64,000 nucleotides of DNA from Candidatus Methanomethylicia archaeon (GTDB lineage: Archaea; Thermoproteota; Methanomethylicia; Nezhaarchaeales; B40-G2): assembly GCA_029259155.1 (NCBI GenBank), contig JAPDJI010000001.1:8042-72041 (forward strand), read 5' to 3'. Shown piece by piece: positions 8,541-16,763 of the stretch (position 1 is its first letter; each line of letters starts with the position of its first letter). A model generated the notes under the pieces. That model worked only from the letters and a program-made list of their open reading frames with translations. It was not told the DNA's origin and searched no databases. Both the position numbers and the translations under genes were made by a program.

Positions 8541-9923
8541 TTGCCTAAAATAATGGAAATGGATTCCTCTCAAGTGGCTGAGGCTGCAGCTCAAGGAGCC
8601 CTCTGCATAGCTGTCATAGGCTGCGGCTGGATGGGCTTACCTACAGCTCTGCTATTTGCTGAGACAGGAGCTAAAGTTATCGGGGTGGTGAAGTCTGAGG
8701 AAGAAGCATCTCTGCTTAATCAGGGAATCGCTACCGTAGCTGAGCCTGGCATAGAACCTCTCCTACGTAAACACGTGGAGAGCGGGAGGTTTAAGGTAAC
8801 TCTGGACGCTGCTAATGCGGCTTCTCAGGCTGATGCTATATTAATAATTGTGCCTACGCATGTGGGGAGGGGAAAGAAGCCTGACTACTCAGCCATTGTG
8901 GATGCTAGTAGGAACGTGGGCAGAGGGCTTATGAAAGGTAGCTTAGTGATCGTTGAGAGCACGGTTGGTCCAGGCGTAACGGAGGAGGTTGTTAAGTTTG
9001 AACTCGAAGAGGTTTCCGGCCTAAAAGCTGGCGTAGACTTCGGCTTAGCTTACAGTCCAATAAGGGCCAGCGCGGGAAGGGTCTTTAGAGACTTAACCTC
9101 TTATCCTAGGATTTTAGCGGGCTTTGATGAAAGAAGCTTTCATGCAGCCTCTTCTCTACTAAGCTTGATTGTGAAGGGAGGTATAATTAAGGTGAGGGAC
9201 ATTAAAACAGCAGAGGCAGTGAAGCTGTTCGAGAACATTTACCGAGATGTAAATATTGCCTTAGCCAATCAATTAGCGCTTTTCTGCGAAGCTGCGGGGA
9301 TTGACGTGGTGGAGGCCATTAATGCCGCCAATACCCAACCCTTCTGTCACTTACATAGGCCTGGAATGGGTGTTGGAGGTCACTGTCTCCCTTCTAACCC
9401 ATACTTCTTGCTGGAGAAGGCTAGGAAGCTTAAAGTAAACTTAGACCTTGTTCGGGCTGCAAGGAGAATCAACGATAGCATGCCCTTCCACACCATCAAG
9501 CTAATAACCGCTGCTCTGCGAAGCTGCGGTAAAACCTTGAAGGGCTCTCATGTGGCTATATTGGGAGTTTCCTTTAAGGAGGACGTTAAGGAACATCGAT
9601 ATTCGCCTTCCATTTACGTGGCGGAGAGGCTTATGAGGAGGGGTGTGAAGATCTCTATTTATGATCCTTTCTTCACACCTGAGGAACTTAGCGTACCGGG
9701 GGTGAGGATAGCCCCTACCCTAGAATCATGTGTAGAAGGTGTGGACTGCATACTTTTGGCGGTGGCTCACGAGAAATTTAAGTCATTAGATCTTAATCTA
9801 TTGGCTAAGCTCGTCAAAATGCCAGCAGCTTTGGTGGATGGCCGTCAAGTAATAGACCCTGTAAAGGCTAGGGAAGCAGGCTTTGTCTATGCAGGGATAG
9901 GGAGGGGCTTGGTTGTTGCGTAG
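8541..9923 (+). CDS. nucleotide-sugar dehydrogenase (UDP-glucose/UDP-ManNAc/GlcNAc 6-dehydrogenase family)
   Basis: N-terminal Rossmann IAVIGCGWMGLPTALLFAETGAKVIGV, a catalytic Cys region GGHCLPSNPYFL and a C-terminal UDP-binding domain. Confidence 0.85.
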   Translation: MPKIMEMDSSQVAEAAAQGALCIAVIGCGWMGLPTALLFAETGAKVIGVVKSEEEASLLNQGIATVAEPGIEPLLRKHVESGRFKVTLDAANAASQADAILIIVPTHVGRGKKPDYSAIVDASRNVGRGLMKGSLVIVESTVGPGVTEEVVKFELEEVSGLKAGVDFGLAYSPIRASAGRVFRDLTSYPRILAGFDERSFHAASSLLSLIVKGGIIKVRDIKTAEAVKLFENIYRDVNIALANQLALFCEAAGIDVVEAINAANTQPFCHLHRPGMGVGGHCLPSNPYFLLEKARKLKVNLDLVRAARRINDSMPFHTIKLITAALRSCGKTLKGSHVAILGVSFKEDVKEHRYSPSIYVAERLMRRGVKISIYDPFFTPEELSVPGVRIAPTLESCVEGVDCILLAVAHEKFKSLDLNLLAKLVKMPAALVDGRQVIDPVKAREAGFVYAGIGRGLVVA

Positions 9924-10881
9924 ATTAAAGGTAGCGGTAATAGGTTGCGGTTTTTGGGGGCTTAACCATGCAAGGGTATTTAAGGAACTTGACTCGGCAG
10001 AGCTGGTGGCTGTATCGGACGTTGATGAAGCGAGAGCCAGATTAGCCGGGGCTAAATACGGCGCTAAGTGGTATTCAGATAATCTGTCCCTGCTGGCGAA
10101 GGACGACGTGGATGCCGTAACGATATGTACACCCTCCTCTACTCATATGGAGGTGGCTATCCAAGCCATTGAGTACGGTAAAGACCTCCTCGTAGAGAAG
10201 CCTTTAGCTTCCTCTGCCGAGGAGGCTTTAAAGATCATTAAGGCTGCTGAGAAGGCAAACGTCAGACTCATGGTTGGCCACATAGAACGCTTTAACCCAG
10301 GTGTCAGGAAGGTTAAAGCTTTGATAGAGGAGGGCAGGGTCGGTGAAGTTGTGTTGCTTTCTTCGAGGAGGGTGTCTATGTGGCCAGTTAGAATCGGAGA
10401 TGTAGGAGTGGTTAAGGACTTAGCTATACATGATATAGACGTCATGAGGTTTCTGTTAAATAAGGAACCTACTGAAGTGTATGCTGTTGCGGGGAGTTTA
10501 AGGCATACCTATGAAGACTACGCGCACATAATCTTAAAGTTCGCCTCTAAGGAGGCAGGTTTCATAGAGGCTAACTGGTTAACGCCTCATAAAGTAAGGA
10601 AACTGATCGTAACATGCACTGAGGGCATAATCACCCTCGACTATATAACTCAGCAGGTAACTATTGAAGATTCTAGAGGCTCCCATACTCCGGCCTTCCA
10701 ATGGCAGGAGCCTCTGAAGCTTGAGCTTCAAAGCTTTGTAAACTCGCTTTTAGAGAATAGAAAGTTTGAGGTAGACGGTAAAGACGGCTACAGGGCTCTC
10801 AGCATAGCTGAAGCAGCTTTAAAGTCTGCGGCTCAGGGCTCCTCAGTAAAAGTGGGATACGAGGATTTAATGTTTAATTGA
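9913..10881 (+). CDS. Gfo/Idh/MocA family oxidoreductase (WbpB-like UDP-sugar 3-dehydrogenase candidate)
   Basis: LKVAVIGCGFWGLNHARVF, EKPLA and a C-terminal alpha/beta domain. Overlaps the dehydrogenase stop, so probably an operon. Confidence 0.8.
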   Translation: MLRRLKVAVIGCGFWGLNHARVFKELDSAELVAVSDVDEARARLAGAKYGAKWYSDNLSLLAKDDVDAVTICTPSSTHMEVAIQAIEYGKDLLVEKPLASSAEEALKIIKAAEKANVRLMVGHIERFNPGVRKVKALIEEGRVGEVVLLSSRRVSMWPVRIGDVGVVKDLAIHDIDVMRFLLNKEPTEVYAVAGSLRHTYEDYAHIILKFASKEAGFIEANWLTPHKVRKLIVTCTEGIITLDYITQQVTIEDSRGSHTPAFQWQEPLKLELQSFVNSLLENRKFEVDGKDGYRALSIAEAALKSAAQGSSVKVGYEDLMFN

Positions 10882-10967
10882 TTATTTAAAGTTTAGTGAA
10901 TCTCTTCAATTAACTTTTTATACACCTCAGTTAAAAAGCTACCCAGAGGTTGAAGGCTGGGGTATAG

Positions 10968-11687
10968 GTGAAGGTAGGAGCTAAGATAGCTAGTGGAAAA
11001 ACAAAAAACATCTATGAGCTGAATGACCCATCCCTCGTACTCATAGAGTTTAGGGACGACGTAACGGCCCTTGATGGGCGTAAGCGAGATTTTATCGCTG
11101 GTAAAGGAGCTATCAACGCTGCGATAACGGCAAAGCTCATGGAGGTGCTAAACACTTCTCAAACTCCTACACACTTCGTTAAGCTGGAGCCTCCTTCGGC
11201 TATAATAGCCAAGAGATTACGCATGTTACCCTTAGAGGTAGTATGCCGTAACATAGCTGCTGGCCACCTTGTTAAGCGCTTACCTTTCAAGGAAGGTGAT
11301 CTTCTCGACCCGCCTATTGTCGAGTTTTACTTAAAGGATGACGAGAGAGGGGATCCTATGGTTAATAAGAGGCACATGGCGGCTCTCGGCTTGGCTACAC
11401 CAAGCGAAGCGGAGTATATGGAGGAAGCTACGCTTAAAGCCAACGAGGTCTTAAAGAGGTTCTTAGCTTCCAGGGAGCTAACCCTCATCGACTTTAAGCT
11501 TGAGTTCGGTAAACTGCCTAATGGCTCCCTTATCATAGGAGATGAGCTTGACCCCGACTGTATGAGAATTAGAGACTCCTCGACGGGGAGGATCTTAGAT
11601 AAGGATCTTTATAGACGAGGGTCACCACTCGAGGAAGTCTTGAAGGCTTACTTGGAGTGTAAGAGGAGGATAGTTGAAGGTGGTTAG
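10968..11687 (+). CDS. purC: phosphoribosylaminoimidazole-succinocarboxamide synthase (SAICAR synthetase)
   Basis: GKTKNIYELNDPSLVLIEFRDDVTALDGRKRD is the PurC signature. 239 aa. Confidence 0.9.
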   Translation: MKVGAKIASGKTKNIYELNDPSLVLIEFRDDVTALDGRKRDFIAGKGAINAAITAKLMEVLNTSQTPTHFVKLEPPSAIIAKRLRMLPLEVVCRNIAAGHLVKRLPFKEGDLLDPPIVEFYLKDDERGDPMVNKRHMAALGLATPSEAEYMEEATLKANEVLKRFLASRELTLIDFKLEFGKLPNGSLIIGDELDPDCMRIRDSSTGRILDKDLYRRGSPLEEVLKAYLECKRRIVEGG

Positions 11688-13092
11688 AGAAGCCTGCGGA
11701 GTCATAGGAGTCTTATCAGCCAAGAAGGATCATGTCGCCTCTGATATATATAGAGGGCTCTACGCCCTGCAACATAGAGGTCAGGAAAGCGCAGGTATCT
11801 ATATATGTGGCTCTTCACCCATACAGGGCTTCAAGGGATTGGGCTTTGTTCATGAAGCGCTAAGCGGTAAAGCCGAGAATCTTGAAGGATGGTGTGGAGT
11901 AGGTCACGTAAGGTATTCCACTACCGCTAATTCTACAATTGAAGAAGCTCAACCTTTACTTTATGAATGTGCTGGTAGACGTTTTGCCTTAGCCTTTAAT
12001 GGTACTATATCTAACTACTTGGAGCTTAAAGAGAAGCTCGGCAAGGAAGGTTTCTCCTTCAAGACGATGACTGACACTGAAGTCTTAGCTGCTCTCCTAT
12101 CGCTTAACTTGGCTGAGACAGGGGACTACGTGGGAGCCTTAAGACGATGTATGGAACAGCTTGAAGGCGCGTACTCGCTGGTCATCCTCGATGAAGGAGG
12201 AGAACTATATGTAGCGCGTGATCCTTTAGGGTTTAAACCGCTATGTTTAGGCTTAAACCATGACCGTGAACTCTACGTGGTGGCTTCTGAGAGCTGCGCT
12301 TTAGACACTTTGAACGCTCAGTTATTGATGCATGTTGAGCCAGGCATGGTAATGAGAGTATATGATGGAGGCTACGAAGCTAAAAGGATGGTTACGTCAA
12401 GACGCCACGCACGCTGCATGTTTGAGTACGTATACTTCTCTCGTCCCGACTCGGAGTTTGATGGGATATGGATCTACGAAGCTAGACTTAAGATAGGCAG
12501 AGAGCTCGGTAAACGTTTTCCTGCTGAAGCTGACGTGGTCGTGCCTGTACCTGATTCGGGTAGGACAGCAGCCATAGGGTTCTCAGAAGCTACGGGAATA
12601 CCGTTGGTGGAGGGTTTAATGAAGAACCGTTACGTGGGAAGGATTTTCATAATGCCTGGTGAACGTAACCGAAATGAAATGGTCAGAGTCAAGTTGAACC
12701 CTATAAAGCCATTGATTAAAGGTAAACGCGTGGTATTGATTGATGACTCCATCGTCAGGGGGACCACCATGAAGTACATAGTAAGTCTTCTACGTGGAGC
12801 GGGAGCAGAGGAGGTTCACGTTAGGATCAGCTGTCCACCTATAATAGCTGGATGTTACATGGGTATTGATTTTCCTACTCGACGAGAACTAGTGGCTTCA
12901 TCACATAGCATAGAGGAGATAAGGGACATGTTAGGAGCTAACTCGCTTCACTATAATTCCATAGAAGGCTTAGTTAAAGGAATAGGCTTGCCTAGAAACG
13001 AGTTATGCTTAGCTTGTCTTACCGGGGAGTATCCTATCAAGGCTGATGCCTCGCTTTTGGAGAAGGCTATAGGTGAGATGAGGAGGCCTTAA
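11674..13092 (+). CDS. purF: amidophosphoribosyltransferase
   Basis: Ntn CGVIGV after a short propeptide, a PRTase VVLIDDSIVRGTT motif and a C-terminal 4-Cys cluster (SCPP...GCY...CLAC). Confidence 0.9.
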   Translation: MKVVREACGVIGVLSAKKDHVASDIYRGLYALQHRGQESAGIYICGSSPIQGFKGLGFVHEALSGKAENLEGWCGVGHVRYSTTANSTIEEAQPLLYECAGRRFALAFNGTISNYLELKEKLGKEGFSFKTMTDTEVLAALLSLNLAETGDYVGALRRCMEQLEGAYSLVILDEGGELYVARDPLGFKPLCLGLNHDRELYVVASESCALDTLNAQLLMHVEPGMVMRVYDGGYEAKRMVTSRRHARCMFEYVYFSRPDSEFDGIWIYEARLKIGRELGKRFPAEADVVVPVPDSGRTAAIGFSEATGIPLVEGLMKNRYVGRIFIMPGERNRNEMVRVKLNPIKPLIKGKRVVLIDDSIVRGTTMKYIVSLLRGAGAEEVHVRISCPPIIAGCYMGIDFPTRRELVASSHSIEEIRDMLGANSLHYNSIEGLVKGIGLPRNELCLACLTGEYPIKADASLLEKAIGEMRRP

Positions 13093-13652
13093 TGTTCTTC
13101 CTGTTTGGCTACCATAACTTCCGTAGCCTTAATGACCGCTTCCACCACGTCACCTTCTCGCAATCCTAGCTCTTCTGCGGCCTCCTTGGATATGAGTGAG
13201 GTTATGGTGACAGGTTCCTGTACTTCAATTTTCACCTTAGCTGCTACGCCGTTTACTATTACTTCCTTGACGACTCCCCTAATCCTATTTCTAGCACTTA
13301 TCTTCAAGCCTAGAGCCTCCCAGCCTTCAGTATCGCATCTTACACTCTCAAAGAAGCCTTCAAGCCTTTTATATTTCCTTAAAAGCTCTCTCCCTGCTTC
13401 ACTCAGTCTAGTTCCACCTCCCTTTCTACCTCCTCTACGGGTTTCCACCACGGGAGATCCTATGGCTTCAGACATTCTGTTTAGATAGTCCCACACGTAC
13501 TTATAGGACATTCCTAGCTCCTTGGCAGCCTTGGCTATGGAGCCTAACCTATCTACGGCCTCTAAAATAGCGGCTCCTCCCTTACCGACGATGTGTCCTG
13601 TTGGTCCCTCCATCCATATCCTTACATTAGGTGAAAACTTCGCTTCGCTCAT
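13089..13652 (-). CDS. ModE-like transcriptional regulator (N-terminal ModE HTH plus a single C-terminal TOBE/Mop domain)
   Basis: ILEAVDRLGSIAKAAKELGMSYKYVWDYLNRM and ETRRGGRKGGGTRLSEAGRELL match the ModE N-domain. ISARNRIRGVVKEV is a TOBE motif. Confidence 0.7.
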   Translation of the reverse strand: MSEAKFSPNVRIWMEGPTGHIVGKGGAAILEAVDRLGSIAKAAKELGMSYKYVWDYLNRMSEAIGSPVVETRRGGRKGGGTRLSEAGRELLRKYKRLEGFFESVRCDTEGWEALGLKISARNRIRGVVKEVIVNGVAAKVKIEVQEPVTITSLISKEAAEELGLREGDVVEAVIKATEVMVAKQEEH

Positions 13653-14083
13653 TGTTTTACATGTTAACTCCCTGTGTCCTTAATATTTATCGGACTCTGC
13701 GTAAGATCAGCCCTCAACTCCCTAACTATTCACTAGAAAAAGATTGATGAAACTTAAGTAACCGGCATATACAAGGCTGATATATCGTGGTGTCGATGGG
13801 TAAGCGCACCGCATGAGAAGCTGTTCTCGCCATCGCCTAGGCCTGTACGCTGCTGTGATTTACATCTGAAGAAACGAGGAGCTTAAGGTTGACGTGGATC
13901 CCATACTTAAAGCTATAGTTGGTAGAAGATCTTTCACGAAGCTCGAAATCAAGGTAGGGGTCGGAGGTGTACTTGATCTTTAAGGAACCTCCGTTAAGCT
14001 TCTCTAAAGATTAGGTTGAACACTTAAAAACTAGTTTCGTTGAACCGTAACTGTATTCGTTTAAGTTTAAGGGAGGATGTATA

Positions 14084-15424
14084 TTGGCAGGTATAATAGG
14101 TATATATGCGTTTGATGAGCTGTGGAAGATCTCGCGCTTCGTATACTACGGCCTCCTCGCGCTTCAACATAGAGGTCAGGAAACCTGCGGCATAGCTACC
14201 TTCGACCGTGAAGGCCTGCACTCATATACATCATCAGGAGTGGCGGATAGAGTTTTCAACGAAGAGACACTCACCAATCTTCCAGGATGGGCTGGAATCG
14301 GCCACGTCAGTCCTCAGCTACCGAGTGAGGGAGTATTACAGCCAGTTGTCGTAGCCGATCCTGTTAAACTAGCGTTTTGCTTTAATGGCAAACTCTTGAA
14401 CGCTGATGTATTAGCTAAGGAGCTGGGCATTATTGAAGCGTCTGAGGCAGAGGTCTTTGCGAAGCTCTTATCTAGACTATTAACTCGCTTGGACCCTATG
14501 GAGGCAGCAGCCGCGGCTATGGAAAAAGCTCTGGGAGCCTATAGCTTCGTAGCCTTAACGGAGAGAGGAGAGATGATAGCGGCGAGAGACCCTTCAGGTC
14601 TAAAGCCTCTAGTTATAGGTAGTTTCGGTTTCGATTACGGCGTGGTTGCTTCTGAGTCCTCAGCCATAGATGTGGTGGGTGCGGAGTTTAAAGCTGACGT
14701 GGAGCCTGGGGAGGCCTATGTCTTCACCCCCTACAGCATCGAGAGGCGAAGGCTGTTTAAACCTAAACCTAGGTATTGTGCTTTTGAGTACGTGTACTTT
14801 GCTAGACCGGACTCGATTATTAATGAACGCAGCATTTATGAAGTTAGGATAAAGATAGGAGAGCGGCTAGCGAAGGAACATCCTGTCGAGGCTGACGTAG
14901 TAATAGGGGTACCTGAGACCGCCATACCTTTCGCTATGGCCTACTCTAACGTCACCAAGGTACCTATAGCTATGGGCTTTGTGAGGACAGGTCCCCATAT
15001 AAGGAGTGCTATCAAGCCAACTCAGTTTGAAAGGCTTGTAGGCGTTCAACTTAAGTTGAACCCCATAAGATCTGCGATTAAAGGGAAACGCATAGTGCTT
15101 ATCGATGATAGCGTGGTTAGAGGCAACACAACTAAGAACACTGTGACGTTAATGAGAAATAAGCTGGGCGTTAAGGAGGTTCATGTTAGGATCGGGAGTC
15201 CCAGGCTTATAGCTCAATGTCCCTTTGGCGTGGAGGTTCCGTCGAGGGATGAGCTTATAGCAGCCCACTTAAATGATGAGGAGGTGGCAGCAGTTGTTGG
15301 GGCTGACTCCTTCCATTGGCTTTCGCTCGAGGGCCTTATTGAAGCGATAGGTGTCTGCAAGGAGAACTTATGTTTGGGCTGCTTTACAGGTGAATACCAA
15401 ATAGATGAAATGTGTCGTCGATAG
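14084..15424 (+). CDS. amidophosphoribosyltransferase paralog lacking the N-terminal catalytic Cys
   Basis: Full-length PurF architecture (RGQE, PRTase IVLIDDSVVRGNT, C-terminal CLGCFTGEY), but the N-terminus is (M)AGIIGIY instead of CGI/VxG. TTG start 8 nt downstream of GGAGG. An upstream in-frame stop rules out an extension. Confidence 0.8.
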   Translation: MAGIIGIYAFDELWKISRFVYYGLLALQHRGQETCGIATFDREGLHSYTSSGVADRVFNEETLTNLPGWAGIGHVSPQLPSEGVLQPVVVADPVKLAFCFNGKLLNADVLAKELGIIEASEAEVFAKLLSRLLTRLDPMEAAAAAMEKALGAYSFVALTERGEMIAARDPSGLKPLVIGSFGFDYGVVASESSAIDVVGAEFKADVEPGEAYVFTPYSIERRRLFKPKPRYCAFEYVYFARPDSIINERSIYEVRIKIGERLAKEHPVEADVVIGVPETAIPFAMAYSNVTKVPIAMGFVRTGPHIRSAIKPTQFERLVGVQLKLNPIRSAIKGKRIVLIDDSVVRGNTTKNTVTLMRNKLGVKEVHVRIGSPRLIAQCPFGVEVPSRDELIAAHLNDEEVAAVVGADSFHWLSLEGLIEAIGVCKENLCLGCFTGEYQIDEMCRR

Positions 15425-15467
15425 CGAGGCTTAAATAACAGTTTCTGTAATATAATCAAAGATAGTA

Positions 15468-16190
15468 ATGTTTCGAAAGAGGGCCTACTGGCAGCTATTG
15501 CTAGAGTTTGGTGAACAAGAATTTACCGTTGAGCAGGCAGGAAGAATCTTACATCCACGAACTCCTACACCTCTTCTTCTTCATAGGCTATGTAGCGACG
15601 GTTTTCTTGAGAGAGTTTCGAGAGGGAGGTTTAGGGCGTTAAACCCTTTCATCGTAGCGTTGAGGGAGATGGGCTTTGACTGGAGGGATAAGGTAAAGCA
15701 GAAAGCTTACCTACCTATGCTCGATTTTGTCGTGGCGAGACTTGTCAGCGGTCTCTTAGGCCGGCTGCGCTCGTTGATAGTGTTCGGCTCTATAGCTTCA
15801 GGTAGGGCTAAGCCTGAGAGTGATGTTGACCTCTTAGTTGTCAGTGAAGGCTTACCGGAAAAATACTCTGATAGGTTGAGGTTGTTTAATTCGCTTGTCG
15901 AGGGGGTGGAGGAGGTTAGGTTAAGGCTTTGGCGAAGTGAAGGCATCTATCCGCTGCTAGACCCGATTCTCCTACTACCTGAAGAGGCTCTCATAAGCCA
16001 CCCCTTCTACATAGATATGTGGGAGGAGCATATCATAGTTTACGATAGAGACAGGTTTATGGAGAAGAAGCTTGAGCAGGTTAAGGCTAAGTTAATGGAG
16101 CTTGGTGCAAGGAAGGTGATCGCACCTGATGGAAGCTGGTTCTGGTTGTTAAAGCCAAGCGTACACCGTGGAGAGGTCGTATCGCTATGA
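15468..16190 (+). CDS. nucleotidyltransferase (MNT-type antitoxin) with N-terminal winged-helix extension
   Basis: GSIASGRAKPESDVDLLVV is the minimal NTase GS...DxD motif. The N-terminal ~100 aa look wHTH-like (FTVEQAGRIL...LERVSRGRFR). Confidence 0.7.
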   Translation: MFRKRAYWQLLLEFGEQEFTVEQAGRILHPRTPTPLLLHRLCSDGFLERVSRGRFRALNPFIVALREMGFDWRDKVKQKAYLPMLDFVVARLVSGLLGRLRSLIVFGSIASGRAKPESDVDLLVVSEGLPEKYSDRLRLFNSLVEGVEEVRLRLWRSEGIYPLLDPILLLPEEALISHPFYIDMWEEHIIVYDRDRFMEKKLEQVKAKLMELGARKVIAPDGSWFWLLKPSVHRGEVVSL

Positions 16191-16615
16191 GGACGGACGT
16201 GATGGCTCGAGATTATTTAAGGAGGGCTGCATCGAGGCTTCTGGACGCTAACTCAGCTTTAAGCCGTGGAGACTGTCCTGAGGTTGTTAGGTACTCACAA
16301 GAATGTGTTGAACTTTCCCTCAAGGCTTGTCTAAGGGCAGTAGGCGTAGAGTACCCTAAGGTTCACGATGTCGGAGACCTCCTCCTCGTGAGCCTTGATA
16401 GGTTTCCAAGCTGGTTTAAAGAGGTAGCTAGCAAGTTGGCTGAGTTTTCTAGGAGCTTAGCTGAGAAGAGGTCTCCAGCTATGAATGGGCTGGAGCTTTT
16501 AGGTAAACCTCCCAGCGAGCTTTTCGGTTTCGATGAGGCTAAGGAGGCGTACGAGGAGGCTGTTTTCACGCATAATGTGGCTAAGCGCTTCATAGAGGAG
16601 TTTTTAGGTCAATAA
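16187..16615 (+). CDS. HEPN domain protein (toxin partner of MNT)
   Basis: ECVELSLKACLRAVGVEYPKVHDVGDLL fits the HEPN helix pattern. Has a 4-nt ATGA overlap with the upstream MNT gene. Confidence 0.7.
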   Translation: MRTDVMARDYLRRAASRLLDANSALSRGDCPEVVRYSQECVELSLKACLRAVGVEYPKVHDVGDLLLVSLDRFPSWFKEVASKLAEFSRSLAEKRSPAMNGLELLGKPPSELFGFDEAKEAYEEAVFTHNVAKRFIEEFLGQ

Positions 16616-16763
16616 AGGAGGACTGAGCCCCAGACCCTTCATTTCCAGCCTCTATATCAACCTCGTTGCGGGACTACATCTTGATCAGGTTAGGGTGCTT
16701 TGAACTACTTGAAGCATTAAGGTTTAAAGCTCCAGAGAGGGAGGAGGAGCTAGGTGCACTTAT

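Noticed and set aside
14024-14221. 65 aa minus-strand ORF in the purF-paralog promoter region
   Set aside because: Overlaps the well-supported purF-paralog start and has no motif. Probably spurious.
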